Shown here piece by piece: positions 1 through 14,890 of a stretch of 53,300 bases of DNA (the first letter of the stretch is position 1; every line of letters starts with the position of its first letter). Origin of the DNA: Bigelowiella natans CCMP2755 (Eukaryota > Protista > Cercozoa); the NCBI GenBank assembly GCA_000320545.1, contig ADNK01002557.1, positions 1 to 53,300 on the forward strand, read 5' to 3'. The translations under genes and the position numbers were made by a program. A model generated the notes under the pieces. That model did no database searches and was not told the DNA's origin. It saw only the letters and a list, made by a program, of their open reading frames with translations.

Positions 1-22
1 AAAATCATTTTAAGATTCTGAG

Positions 23-341
23 ATGAAAGTGCGAGTAAAGAGTATCACGATAGACGATCTTATCAGCCCGCGGAAGAGTTCCCCCCCCGCCCCCCCCTCC
101 TCAACAACAACAACAACAACATCAGCAGCAGCATCATCATCAACAATTAATATTGCCACAACAAACGGTGGAATCAGTTCTAAAGGAGGCTCAAGCTTTG
201 CAGGTGCTGCTAGGCAGCATTAACAATTAATGATGATGATGATGATGTAGTTTGATGTTTGGTACTACTTGTTCAATTCGAAATAGCTAGTAGCTTGTAG
301 CTTGAGCAGCACCTGAGGATCTTCATAATATCTGCTACTAT

Positions 342-380
<39 letters not shown>

Positions 381-2017
381 TACTACTACCTACCTTCCAT
401 AACTGTTTTGTAAATAAAGAATACTGCTGTGCATAAGCGACAATCACACTATCATTTAATGATGCTGCTGCTGCTTCTACAAATTCTTGAAATTGTTGAA
501 TGAATGGATTCTATACATGTTGCTTGCTGTATTGAACCCTTTCTATTGATAAACTTGATGATATTATCCTAAGTTAGTACTACAAATAATACAGCATGAA
601 ATCATTATCATCATCATCATCAATCAGAGTCGTGTCAGTTCCTTGCCATACCAAGCAACAACAGCAGCAAATGGTCTATTATTGGACGATTCCCGTAGTC
701 ATCATCATCATCAGCATCACCACCACTCCTCCTCCTCCACCACCGCTGCTGACACAAATTCAAACGACGCAATACGGGAAATGAAGGACAGAATTAAGCA
801 CCTGGAAAAGTAGTTAGTTAGGAATTATTACAAGTATATTTATCATACTACTCTTATTGTCCCCTCTCTCGGAATGTATCATAGCAGAAGTAGTGTCATT
901 GTTATTATTTGATGGGGAGTTGTTCAATAAACAATGGGGAAAGTGGGAGGAGGAAAGAAGAAGAAGAAGAAGAAGAAGAAGAAGAAGAATACATTGAAAG
1001 AGAGAAAAAACGTATAATTAAGCTACTCTTTATCTCCCCTGAAAAGAAGATTATAGTACCAATAGCAGCGTGTAGATAATAAATTAAGAACGTTATAAGT
1101 GATATAATATTGTAATGGTGCTCTGTCATTATAATTATCATCATCATCATCATTACTATTATGATGTGTATTTGATTAATTACTAGGTTGGTGGAGATGT
1201 CACGTCCTCTTGCTGTTATGCACGCGGACACATTACTACCATTCCTTACTCAAAATACGCGTGTTTCTGCTGCTGCCCCCCCCTCTACTACTACTGCTGC
1301 TGCTGCTACTACTACTAGTACTAGTAGTAGCAAACAAAGAACAAGCACAGCTGCTGGTGAGTACAACTTTCTGCTGCTGTTTCTTCGATTTACTAATTTT
1401 TTCGTCTTATCATCACAATGGCATCATTTTCATCCTTTTTTTTAAATTTCTTGGCCTCTGAATTTAATTGCTAATCATTATGATATGCTAATCGTTCAAG
1501 TACTCTCTTTTGTCGTTGTTGTTGTTGTTGTTGTGTCCTCTCTTTATTATTTCCACAGCATTCAGCACCCATCCTTCCCCTCCTCCAGATGCTGCTGCCA
1601 CTACCACTGCTACGGATAGAATGAGTTTTTCCCCTTCTGTACCACCCTCGAGGGTTGATGATGACATAGAAGAAGGAAAAGGAGGAGGGGGGGAGAGAAC
1701 AGTATTATCATCATCATCAACCCCCCCCTCTTCGCTAAGGTTTTTTGTTGAAACTTCACCCCCACTGCTACCTACTGAGGCAAAAGAGAAAAATGAAAGA
1801 AACGGTGCTACAGCAGCAGCAGCAGCAGCAGCAGCAAAGGTGAATATATAATGATGCGGAGATAGAGGAGGAAAACAAAGACAGTAGGAAGAATTTAACC
1901 ACTTCCTTATTTACCCCTCCTGCTAAGTTTTCTAATGTTTGATCATCATCACCACCATCATCATCAACAACAACAACAATTACAACCTCCTCCATCTTTG
2001 ATAAGAAACAGATAGGG

Positions 2018-2049
<32 letters not shown>

Positions 2050-2340
2050 GTTAAGAGAAGTTGCAGATAAAACTGGAAGGAAAGAAGAAGGTAGTACAAG
2101 TACCAACACAGTAATTAAAATGCTACATCACAAAATAGTGAGTGAGGGGAAGTCCATTGAGCTAGAGTTAAGTATAATCGTATCAACGATTGACTACACT
2201 ACACTATGCCTTGACAACTAACTAAGATGTTCTTGCTGCTGCTGCTGCTGCTGAAACAACATATATTATATTCTATATTCAAACAGAACGAGTATCTGGT
2301 AATAAGAATGAAAACAGAGAGCCTAGTATTAACACTAATG

Positions 2341-2379
<39 letters not shown>

Positions 2380-2454
2380 ATCAGCAGCAGAAGTATTAGC
2401 AGGATCATCTTCAGGCAACAGTAATGATGTCATAGCAGCGGGAAAGAAGGAGTC

Positions 2455-2490
<36 letters not shown>

Positions 2491-3305
2491 TAAGAAGAGA
2501 GAGGGAGGGGAGGAGGAGGAAGAAGAGAGGAATATTGAGAGAATGAAACGAAATTCTTCTTCTTCTTCTTCTTCTTCTTTTGCAGTTAATACAAACAGCA
2601 ACCCTACGGCAAGCACAACCTCTCCTCCCCTCCCCCGAGGTAGCAGCATACCATCGCTGCCACAACCGGCAAAGGGGTCTTCTTCTTCTTCTTCTTCTAC
2701 TACTACTACTACTACTAGAACTCCTCTATTCCAGTTTAAAGCAGCACAGCCTCCTTCATCACTACAACCACCATCATCATCACCACCAGCTACTACTACT
2801 ACTACTACTACTACTGCTACTTCTAAAGAACACCATTTACTACCAAAAATCAAAACAACGACGTCAATGACGACAACCCCCGCACCCACTTCTATATTCA
2901 CCTTTGGGAGCGCTATAGGAGGAGGAGGAGGAGGAGAAGGAACCAGCGGCAGCAGCGGTGATGCAAAAGCAGCAGCAACAACAACAGGTAACAAACGCTA
3001 ATGCGATGATGTTGTAGTCGCTTACCACATTATGCTAGTATGTTGGAGGAGGAGGAGGAGGAAGAGGGGGAGGAAGAGGGGGATTCTCCTTTCTAGTGGA
3101 AAATAATAGGGTGATAACAGGCTGTGCTGTAATTTCCTCAACATCGTGGTGGTGTATGTATGTAGTAGAAGAGTAAACAGTAGACTCATCATCATCATCC
3201 AATAAATCCTAAATAAATCACACGAAGAGCTAGATCAGCACCTATCCAATAATAATAATAATAATAATAATCATAGTAACAATGATGATGTCCAAACACG
3301 ACAAT

Positions 3306-3339
<34 letters not shown>

Positions 3340-4696
3340 GTCTTTAAATTTGGCGCTGGTGCTGCTTCTTCTACAACTGGCGGGACAACGACAGCAAGTG
3401 GCCAAACACCCAAATTCACGTTTACCGGGGGGGGAGATACTGGTTTCAAGTTCGGGGCAGCAGCATCAGCAGTTAAGACAACAGCCAACATGATCGATGG
3501 AGGAGGAGGAGGAGGAATGCCTTCTTCTTCCACTACTCAATCGAGCGGGATTTTCTTCGGTGGCGGTGGTAAAGCTGATGCTAGTAGCACTGAGCAAGCA
3601 CAACCAACGTCGCCGTTTATGATCTCCTTTGGAAAGAAGCAGCAGCAACAAGGAGCTGTAGGCGCCAGTAGTCCTTCTACTACTACCACCACCACCAGTA
3701 GTAGTAGTAGTAACCCCTTTGGAGTTATTACTCATAGTGCCACACTACCATCTCCATCATCGTCCTCATTTTCCTTCGGTAGTAGTAGTAGTACCCAGCA
3801 GCAGACAAAGCCCCCCCCCCTTCCCTTCGGTGGAGGCAGCAGCAGCACATTCTCTTTTGGAAATAATAACAATAATAATAACCAGGGACAAAAAGTACTA
3901 CAATCGTCGCCTCCTCATAAAGTAGGAACCAATGATAATAACCACGGTTTTTCTCCCTTTCGAGGGCAGCATCAGTCAGGTATAGAAAAATAACTGATTT
4001 TTCGGAATGCTAATAAATATTAGTAATTAATGAAGTTTCGTGAATATTTAGTTTACTAGATTAAATGAAACAAATTATCTGTGTCTTCTTTTTTTGGATG
4101 GATAATGCGTAGCGCAAGGGCACGTACTTCTAATTTTCATTTTTTCAATATTTGCCTAAAGATGTGATGATTCGAATTGGCAGCGATCGATCAATCACCC
4201 ACAATTTCAAAAAATCAGAATATTTCTATTTTTCTTCTCAGTAATCTTGCAAACCCCGTTTTTATCATCATTTGTCTCTTAATATGTTGTTGTTGTTTGT
4301 TGTTGTTGTTGTTGCCATAATTAGTAGGCATGACTTTTGGCGGATTTCAAGGCGGCCAGAATAGTTTCGCAGCAGCAGCATCAGCATCAGGTTAGCAGCC
4401 GGCAACAAACTAATATATTTAACACATATTTGCCTTCCCCCCCCCCCCCTCTCTCTCTTTTAAATAATATGGTTGTCATGCCTTGTGTGAGAAATATGAG
4501 TAAATAGATGCTATTATGGTTTGTGCTCTCATCAATTATAATTTATTCATTAGGTAATGCTAATTCTGGGTTCAATCTTCCGGGAGGATCTATGGGAACG
4601 TCAGCTACTTCTTCATTCAATTTTGGAACAAATATCAAGGCGGATGAGCAAGTAACGACAGGCAGAAAGCATCTCAGAGCTCGGCGCCGTCGATAA
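23..4696 (+). CDS. FG/FxFG-repeat nucleoporin, Nup1/Nup153-like (multi-exon, 5' end uncertain)
   Basis: S/T/P-rich exons carry LFQFK, IFTFG, VFKFG, KFTFTG, GFKFG, FSFG (x2) and FNFG repeats (2440-2990, 3340-3980, 4330-4390, 4553-4696). The last exon ends in the basic tail TTGRKHLRARRRR*, typical of Nup1/Nup153 C-termini. Confidence 0.8.
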
Positions 4697-4879
4697 TATG
4701 TTTACAATTCAACAGATGCCCTTCTATATGCTCCGATTAGTTGATCACCTCACGGCGTGTGTGGCATCTGCACAATCAAATTGGGAACAATATCACGAAC
4801 TCGAATATACATGCACATATGAGATGGATGTAATGAATGTTTAAATTCTTTCAATTGTCATCCTAATGTAGCTGTATAA

Positions 4880-5480
4880 TGCTGCGGCTACCGCACTGTC
4901 AATTGCTAATGTTGTGTCTATCGGTTTCAGCAATCACGTGCGTATATATATGCGTGTTTCGTGCTAGTGTGTGGAAAAGCATGCATATCATCTATCATAA
5001 CTCCGTCAAACCTGTAACACGTCGCGATAATGAGCATTCCAAAGCTTTATTTTGCGTGCACAATGTCCTCCAGGACTTCTTCGCAACCATTGGGTGCCAC
5101 GCTCGCGCTACGAACAGCCACATCATCGGTTTTATTCACGCGTCAATGCAAAATGACGTGTCATGTTGGGTGCTGTCGCACGCGCATCCGAGCTAGCGAG
5201 CAGCACAGCAGAGTATTCATTCCTTTTCAGCTGCTGGCGCAAGCTAGCAAGCAGGCATTTGGCGGTGTTTTCCCCATCCATCCTGTCAGCCAATTAATTC
5301 CGTACGTAGTTCACATTCTTAGCATGCAAGTGTGCGAGCTGTCAGCGCAATTGAGCAAATCTGGAAATGATACATGTCTTCCATTGCGCCACACATGTCA
5401 CAATCTAGCAATGTGCGCGGCGTCTTATCTGTGCGTTGTCTGCGCGACATGTGGCAACGCTCGCAATAACTGCAACGAAC
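4880..5480. other. RY/palindrome-rich intergenic block 1 (between convergent Nup and AMSH genes)
   Basis: Dense in TGCA, GCGC, CATG, ACGT and CTAG, with no microsatellites. Confidence 0.7.
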
Positions 5481-5725
5481 GCATCATTAATTCGAAATTA
5501 TAACTCCTTCCGGTATTTTTATATTGATTTTCTGGATTACTTTTCACTCATTTTTATTCCTACATATCATGTCAAACCGCGAATTGTATGAATAATTCAT
5601 ATTGAGGGTTTTTTTGCTCTACGCTGCTTTTGAGCAAAAGATGATTATTATGGCTCCATGCTGATTTTGGTGGTGTGCAGCAGCAAAAGATAATGATTAT
5701 TATGGCTCCATGATTAAAAAATTAC

Positions 5726-5764
<39 letters not shown>

Positions 5765-6773
5765 TCATCTGAGATCATAGAAAGTAGTTGTGCTGTGCTT
5801 TGAAATCTCCACATGTAATGCCTAGTCATATCAAGCACAACCCAACTGAGCGATTAACTCAAGAGAAATCAAAGTCTTGTTCATTATTTAACAGCTATCA
5901 CTATGTATTACGTTCCGATATAAAGACCCTGGCTGAGGATGCTCATGAAAGCTGATATCATATTAATAATAACGGTAAATATAATTATTGAATTAGAGAG
6001 TGTTAGTCACTTTGGAAAAAAAAAAGAATATAACCCTGATTTGTTGCAAGAAGATAACACGCTCAAACCTCGATCAGTTAGGGAAAATATCCCCTCTGTA
6101 CGTCTGGATTGGCAAACAAGAAAGAAAGAAAGAGAAAACAATAATAATGCATGGTGTTAGAGGAATAGGTGACAACAACAACAACAACAACAACACGATG
6201 GCAATGCTGGTGATGATTGGGTAGATTAAAGTCTGCTATCAATAGCAATAGATGATAGTAGTGGTGTTGATGGTGGTGAGACTGTAGTAGCCTGTAGCAT
6301 ATCAAGAGGTTGCAACTCTCCTGCTGATTTGCACAATGATGACATAGTAGCTCGTTGATAATAATTGTGATTTGCATGATGATGGTACAGTGCAGTTGTC
6401 AATAAGTGGTTTAACATGGCGCTCTATTATATGTGTTGTTGTTGCTGCTGCTGTTGTTGTTGTTGAGCCTCCTCCTCCCCCCTCCTCTCTCCTACTACAA
6501 TCTACTGCCTGACTATTTGCCTACCTATACCTACCTACACCTCTCCTAGTTTACAAAGGAAAGATGCTATTGTTGTTACCTTCTATCTGTAGGAGCCATA
6601 ACGATGGCAATAGCCTCCGGCATCATCACCTTTGTTAGTTATTAATTAATATAACTACTACTAGTAGTGATAGTTGAATAGGAGGGGAGGAGGAGGAGGA
6701 GGGACATAGTAGGGAAAAACCACCAGCACCACCAGCACCCTTTTGTTCCCTCTTTCTCTTGTAGTACTTACTA

Positions 6774-6808
<35 letters not shown>

Positions 6809-6979
6809 CCTGGTACGAAAATTGTGTGTGTAGATCGATAGAAGAGAGAAAACAAGCTTGAGAAGGATGCGTGTGTATCCATCCTAGAGTCAACAAATTC
6901 TTCGATTCTTGCAATTCTGATGAAAAAGAATAATATGATGATGCTCATGATGATGATGTGAAAATGAAATATATTTAGG

Positions 6980-7019
<40 letters not shown>

Positions 7020-7097
7020 TGTTAAAATGCTATTCTGAACGATAAACAGCAACGGTGCTACGAGATGAGTGCTTGAATATGAAGTATTGCACACACA

Positions 7098-7149
<52 letters not shown>

Positions 7150-7168
7150 AATATGTATATATATCAAT

Positions 7169-7208
<40 letters not shown>

Positions 7209-7291
7209 TGTGCATTAAACATTGCGTATATACTTTTCCCACTTCTAGGGTACTGCCAAAGATTAATATTACTCGATGCCGTTGTGATTTA

Positions 7292-7330
<39 letters not shown>

Positions 7331-7575
7331 GTAACCAATAAGTTTCTCTTCTCCCATGGTTGTGGTTGTATTCGCTGTTCCCGACTTTATGGATGATGAT
7401 TATGACAAAAATTGAACCATCTTAATCATCAAAATTGATCAACGATAACAACAAAATATTTACTCTTGGTAGGTTGTCATTTATAAAGGAACGGGAATAA
7501 AATAATTCAAATCTTCCAGTAGTAATAAGTAGAAAGAAGCAGCTTTATTATAATCATGCGTTGGTTGTTAAACCA

Positions 7576-7606
<31 letters not shown>

Positions 7607-7714
7607 CACTCCACAGTGCTGATTGAATGTGTGATTAAATTATCACCTACCTGCTGTGGAAGAACGACGGCTGTGATGTCGAATCGGTTGTTCTTCAATG
7701 CTCCACATAGTATC

Positions 7715-7756
<42 letters not shown>

Positions 7757-9870
7757 TGAGTAGTCCAAAAGGATGGATGCATGATGATATCGGTATGATA
7801 CGACACCGAATTGTAAATAAGAGATAAATAATATGAACAATAGCAGTGGAAGTGCTACCATTATTTTTGTTATCATTATAGCACTGGTACACTGGTACTA
7901 CTACTATTACTACTACTATCATACATCAGTGTTTATTATTATAGCTATTCTAGCAGTGAGTAGTAGAACATAGTCAATGATAATAATAGTACCACAGGTT
8001 TCCTTATCATTCCGTGTATTTCTCTCGGCATACCTATGTTGATCCATTAGTATTACTGAGAAAGATGATAAGCATAATTATATAATAATAACAAATAACA
8101 ACACTACTAATGTAGTAGGTTAATCATAAGAACCATTAATAAGGAGAACAAAGAACAGATTCAGATTGATAATCTAATCCTCCCATGCAACAATATACGG
8201 CACCAACTCACTTCATAAATTTCTTCGTGAGGTCAGCTGCCATCCGAATCCGTCTAAGGTTGAAAAAGGAACCTGCTTTTCTTCCTATACTGCTGCTGCT
8301 GCTGCTGCTGGTGTTTTTCGAATTACTACTTTGAGTAGTTTTTTTAGTAAATAAATCCCCATAAGGTGATGATGATGATGATGATGATGATTTTGCCATT
8401 GATGACGAAGAGGATTTCTTCGGACTGACGTCACTACTCAGGTGTCTGTTAGCGTTATTATTCTTCATTTGCGTTAGTTTACTGGGAGCTCGCAATAGAG
8501 CGAATCTGTTGTTTGTAGAAGAATAACAAGTGAAAATAGCGAGGAGACAAGCAAAGAGTTACGAGTAGTATATGGCTAAGTGTAAGTTTTAGTATAATAA
8601 ATTGTTGGGCATAGTGCGAATATATCGATGCTTTGCCTTACTTGTCTACGAGGACATTATCATCATTATTATGTTCTTTTGTTGATTGAGCTTTCTTGAG
8701 GTCATCATGTTGAGATGGCGATGCTGTTGAAGAAGATCCATTAAGCATATGTAGCTTCGTAGTCATCATCTGTGTGGAGAGAAATAAAAGTCGCTCATCT
8801 ACTTGTTCACAACCGGCAATTCTACTCTCACTCAACCACCTTTGAGGAATCCAGCACTACTCCATGAGTTGTAGTTTCATGAGCGAGTGATGTCTGCCCC
8901 GCACTACGACGACTACTACTACTACTACTACTCACATATTTTGCGCTTATGACCTTTTTTTACAAAGTGTAGGATTAATCAATAGAGCAGAATCAGGACT
9001 CTATAACCCAATAATTTTGCATATTTTTCGAAGATAATGTATTCTTAGATGCTGCTCTTTATTACCGCACGAAGATCCTTAATTTTTGTAAGAGCCTGTT
9101 CAAAAAGTAAGTGCACGTCTGAATATTCTCTTCCTCCTCCGAGCTAAATTATATCCGAAGCTGCATGTTTGAAATACCTTATTGCATAGTCGTTTGTATT
9201 TATGTTTTTCCGGTTGGTATGTCTTCGAATTGAAGCTGACAAGTTATCAATCTTTGTTTAGAAACTGTAGCTCTTAGAATATTCCTACCCACAATTATTC
9301 CTTAGCCCTCCCTTCACACAATTTTGGGCCCACACGATCACATAGAGGTAGTTAAGCTTTGTAAACTTTATTGAACAATTATCCGAAATCTTTCCTTCCC
9401 CTTATTATTATTCTATCCCCTCTTTCTTATTACGAATTGTGCGACGCAATCACATAGAGGTAAAGCTTTGCAAACTTTTTCAGCTGAACATATGCACGTT
9501 CTTCATCTTTCTCTTCAAGATACTGCGTAGCCTGAGAATCTAATATAGAAAATTAACATCTGAAAAATAGTGAAGTGGTTGTATTGTAGCAGTCTGCATG
9601 GGATAAAATTATGCTTTGTTTAGCTTACGAAGCATAGAGGCCATGCGGTAATAGCGTAGGATGGAAGTTGAATGATGGACAACCTGAATCAATGTTTTAA
9701 TTATCTATCAAGTTATCCTCGAAGAATAAGGAAATAAGACTTGAGATGTCGAATAATTGATTTTAAGGAAGTACCGTATACACCTCAGCCTGCTTGTCTA
9801 GGTCCTTGAGAAAGCCTTCTGGTCCTCCATCATTATTGATGCTTTGGGCACTATGATAATCCCTTGCCAT
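5765..9870 (-). CDS. STAMBP: AMSH/STAMBP-like JAMM (MPN+) deubiquitinase with N-terminal USP8-dimerisation/MIT-like domain, about 14 exons
   Basis: Spliced peptides: [16 protein letters not shown] / [17 protein letters not shown] / [36 protein letters not shown] / ..KKFMK / [13 protein letters not shown] / [22 protein letters not shown] / [16 protein letters not shown] / [36 protein letters not shown] / [16 protein letters not shown] / [23 protein letters not shown] / [13 protein letters not shown] / [18 protein letters not shown]. The JAMM motif HTHPx6SxxD is intact and exon phases agree. The start ATG is tentative. Confidence 0.93.
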
Positions 9871-10619
9871 CCCCACCTCACGAACAGTTTTACAGTGGTA
9901 TTTGCAGCCAGCCACAATGTTAAAGTTAAACAAGTGGGGGGAGGGGCATATTGTTTATGGGATATGTGCTCTCTTGTGCACAAACAAAATTTATTAGATC
10001 TGACTCGTATTGTATCATTACCGGTATTATCATTGTTGTATGGCTATTACACAAGAAACACAGGGGAATATTTCCCTGCGACACACAGAACAACATGCTT
10101 ATTAATGAACACACAGATGCTCACACATATACGGTGTGTGATACGTGTGTATTCTGATGTAGCCAGCAATTATTGGTACAATTAGGAAAATATTAATCCA
10201 CAATATATGTAAGTAAAACTACAATGAAACTATAAAATAAGAGCACCTTAGGACGATATGATCCGACCCATAAAACATTGAATAGCAGTAGAAACAGCAT
10301 AAAACATCGTAATAATAATAATAATAATTCCAAGAATTATAATTATAATAATAGCAATACTCTCTCCCTCCCTCCCTCCCTCCTCCTCCTCGGAGTTACT
10401 GATAAAAAAAGGAACATCATGAGTCACGTACACGCCTTGTTCGAAGTATGGACTCCTCGAAGAGGCACCCAGCAGGCAGCATCATCACCCTCTGACGATC
10501 ATGATCACGAATCAGTATTACCACTTTTATATTATTCTTTTGCTACCCTTCCCTCATCACGCCCCCCCGCTGCTGCTGCTATATGGAACAAGATTATTCC
10601 GTAATAATCTACTACGAAG

Positions 10620-11141
10620 ATGATGGCCGTATTGCTATGGCTGCCGTTGCAACAAGGACTATGTCAGCAGTGCATCACACCTCCTTCCAAAAATTCGATG
10701 CAATCATCATCCATGGCGCCTCCTCCTCCTCCTCCTCCTCCTCCTTCTTCAAAGGCAATGTTGCTGACCCAGAACAACCCAACGATGATGATCGCAGTAG
10801 CATCATCCCCCGGTGAGATAGTTAACCACGAAGAAGAAGCAAAAGAAGAATCAGGGGAGGGAGAAGAAAGAACTGGAGGAGATAGCAATGGAAACAATCA
10901 CGATCCGTACTCCTCCCAGCAGCAGCAGCATCACCACCAGCAGCAGCAACGACAGATGATACAATTCAGTAATGATCAAACAGATGATCCATATCTTTAT
11001 CGCTTTTCTTCTCGTCCTATTTCTCCTCATCCTCTGCATCAATATTATGATGGGAGAAACCATGATGACCCCAAGGCAAGAAGCAGCCAGACTCTTCAAC
11101 TTAATAACCCTTTCACAGGTATCTAAATTTGTATGCGAACA

Positions 11142-11192
<51 letters not shown>

Positions 11193-11240
11193 ATGCACAC
11201 ACAAATGTACACACATGCACAAAGTTGTCCACTAGGAGGG

Positions 11241-11290
<50 letters not shown>

Positions 11291-12098
11291 CACCTATGTA
11301 TGCGTAGGTGTGTGTGTGTGTGTGTGTGTGTTGATATGTGTCTAAACACCCTAGTAATTGCGGCAATAGCAATCAAACGACACCAGCCGCCAATGACCTT
11401 TACAATTCTCAACGAAATTCACCTTTTTTTTCCATTTTTTTTTAGACGGCCGTAGACGACCTAAGTTGTACAATAACGCTAGAGGAAGAAGAAACACTCG
11501 AAATATAGTCGAAAAGGTTAGTTGGAGTAAATATGTATAATAAGGAGTTAAACAATATGATTAAATGATTTTATCACGCGAAGATAGCGCATATTACATT
11601 TACATGGTACATATGCATTCGCTACAGCTGCAAATGAGAGATGTTGTTCGTTCTCGGTTTGATGATAGACACCAAGGCATTTAGTCTTCAACCGGAATGA
11701 TAAAGATGAAAACAACAAGAAACGACAGATGTAAGAAGAACACGCCACTTCAAGATACGACGACAGTGATAGTATTTTGAATAGACAACAGAAATTAGCA
11801 TATGATACATGACTCACCCTAATACTGCTACTACTAACTACTCTACCAGAAGGCAAAAGCAAATTGAATTGGAAAATATGTGGTTTGATGAGTACAAAGA
11901 GGAATTAAAAAGAGAAGAACAACACCAGGAGGAGGTATCAGATCATGGACCAGAGTGGATACCTGATCCTGATGTGAGTACTACTAATTCGTCTGTCGAT
12001 TCGACGTAACATATAACTAACTACAACAAACAACAATGAATGAATGAAGAATCCGATGTGAGTACCTCAACAACCAATACACAGACGCAACAACAATA

Positions 12099-12130
<32 letters not shown>

Positions 12131-13112
12131 AATGATTATGGTGGCGGTATTTGTGCATTGTTTAAGAAGCTCTTAATTCCTGATGTAATAATGTATTCAA
12201 GAGACCTTTTGCTATGAATCTACATTTTAATGATTATATGTTATTTCGCATCTCCCATCTCCCATCATCATCATCATCATTATCATCATCCATTTCTAGG
12301 ATCCTGCGGTATACAATTGGAACCCAAATATACCAACAGGCAAAGGTACTTTGATAAAAAAAAAGTACTAGGCTGCATGATGAAAATCATACTGATGTAT
12401 AAATAAATTACGTAGTATCAGTAATATGGGGAGGGGGTTTATGTATGGGTTGATGATACCACCTATCGTATTGAGAGTCATAATAATTCATTCGAAAGCA
12501 TTGTACTTATCTATGAGATTCATCCTTCAAAATACCTTTTTTCTATTTGTATATTTTTTTTGTTTTATGAGAATTCGTTCATGTAATGAATTATAGCCTA
12601 CGACTGATACTTACTGATTTATGATGACATGTCCGTTGTTCAAACCACTCACTTCCCGTTGCCAACAAAATTCTTGTTGTGTTCGTCGTCGTCGTCGTGT
12701 TTATTATTAGAGGAACGTACCGTGCAGGACATGCAGGAAGGTGAAGTCATTCGAATCCAAGGTCCTGATGGAAAACCAATGATTGCAGCTGGCAAATACG
12801 AGTACGTTAAATACCGACCGATAACTTATTACAAATATGTCATAGACCCAAGATACTACTACTACTAATTAAAAAAATAGCAACACTCCTTCTCATCTTC
12901 ATACACAAAAAAGTTAAGACCTCCAACGACGCAGAATATGTCTTACAATCAATATAACTTGAATCATCTTTTCTACTCGCAGAGTATATGCCCGTCCATT
13001 AAAGGATAGGATGGAAGCAACAAGGAGCACGCCAAGAGGTAGTAGTAACAACTAAGTCAATGTTGTTAAAAATGGTTGTCTAAGCAGTAACAACTGTATG
13101 CGAAGGATCCAC

Positions 13113-13150
<38 letters not shown>

Positions 13151-13684
13151 TATCATAATAATAATAACAATAATAATAATAATAATAATCATCATCGTGT
13201 TGGCAGATACGAAGAAGTTTCATCCTTAGGCTACAAAGAGAATAGAGTTCTCGATTCCTCACTATTTAGAATATGCATGCAATGCATGTCGTTGCTTTCC
13301 ACTTCAACTAAACTACTACTGCTACTGCTACTACTACTACTACTATATTATTAGTAAATGGTGTTCCAGTTTCACTCCACATAGATCCCACAGAATTAAT
13401 GCCGTAAGTTTTAAATACATAAATGAAGATCTGTTTAATACAGAGAGCAGAAAAGATTGCATTATGTAAAATTATAGCCAATGAGGAGGCGTATCGTACT
13501 CAAGATAGACATCGAAAGAACAAACAATCTGCATCCATACTTCATTCATCCATCGAAAAGCTTAAGATTAACAATATCACTGCAGGCGAAGATTTAGCAG
13601 CGCAGAGGAAGATAAAATGCACGGAAAATTTGTACAGGTGGTAGTCTCATCTCTCGAAGAGAATACACTACGAATATAATGTAT

Positions 13685-13744
<60 letters not shown>

Positions 13745-14464
13745 TTCATTGAGAGAGAGAGAGACAGAGAGAGAGAGAGAGAATCTCTGACAACTAATAA
13801 TAATTCAAAGTAACGACTTCATTTCAGATATATTTCACCACTTCATTAACAAAATTCTTTTTGCTGATTTTATTACTACTTAAACAACATTTATCAGAAA
13901 AGACAAGGAGCTCTCCTGATGTCGGCATATGAATCTCTTAAAGTAACTATTTTGTGTGTGCATGTGCATATGCATTTATGTGGGTGAGTGGTCTGTCCAT
14001 TTTCTATGAAGAAAGGTCGACAGACCAACATATTAGAACTGGTAAATCCTCTAACCGACTGAAATTGCCAATCCTGTACAACATGTGATAACTGGATTGT
14101 AGGAGCAGAAATTGCTGGATAAGCAACGATATGATGCCCTTATCTATTCATTTTCCCATGTAAGTTACTAAAAATCTTTGTGGCAAGTCTCTTCTTCTTT
14201 TTCTTCTTCTTTTTCTTCTTCTTCTTCTTCTGTCATAGATGCAGTTATGGTTAATGCCATATTGCTAATAATTCTCAGATCAAAGGATGGCGCATGGCAC
14301 ATCATCTTTATCGTGAAATGACGGCTGTTTCTCTCCGAAGAGTGTGTAATTAGGAAGAGGATGGGGAGGGAGGAAGAAGAAGAAAAAGAAGAAGAAGGAT
14401 TATTAACATACATAACATAAAATAACATTAATATGATAGTAAGTAATATTGATAAATGTGGATA

Positions 14465-14498
<34 letters not shown>

Positions 14499-14857
14499 GA
14501 TGTCATTTAATTATACACATAGGATGCTACTAGCCTACGGCATCTACTATATGGACTAGGGAAGTCTCACCGGTGGCAGAAGGTATTAAATAATTTTTGA
14601 TTTGAAATATGATTGATTAGCACAGCACATAACTTTTTGATTGTTGGTTATGTATGACACACATATATACATATAATATATGTATGTATGTATGTACGTA
14701 TACATATATCCATTATCGTTAGGCGTTATTCGAGTTCGATTTGGCTAGGCAGAGCGGTGTAGCATATGATAACCATATCATCCGCACTATGCTGGATGGA
14801 TGCTCACAGGATTGTGCTTATGATGCTACCATACGACTTCTCAAGTAAGAAAATGTG

Positions 14858-14890
<33 letters not shown>

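Noticed and set aside
8857-8859. Apparent in-frame TAG upstream of ORF 8638-8835, and a similar one near 13227
   Set aside because: Both are resolved by normal introns and a different exon frame.
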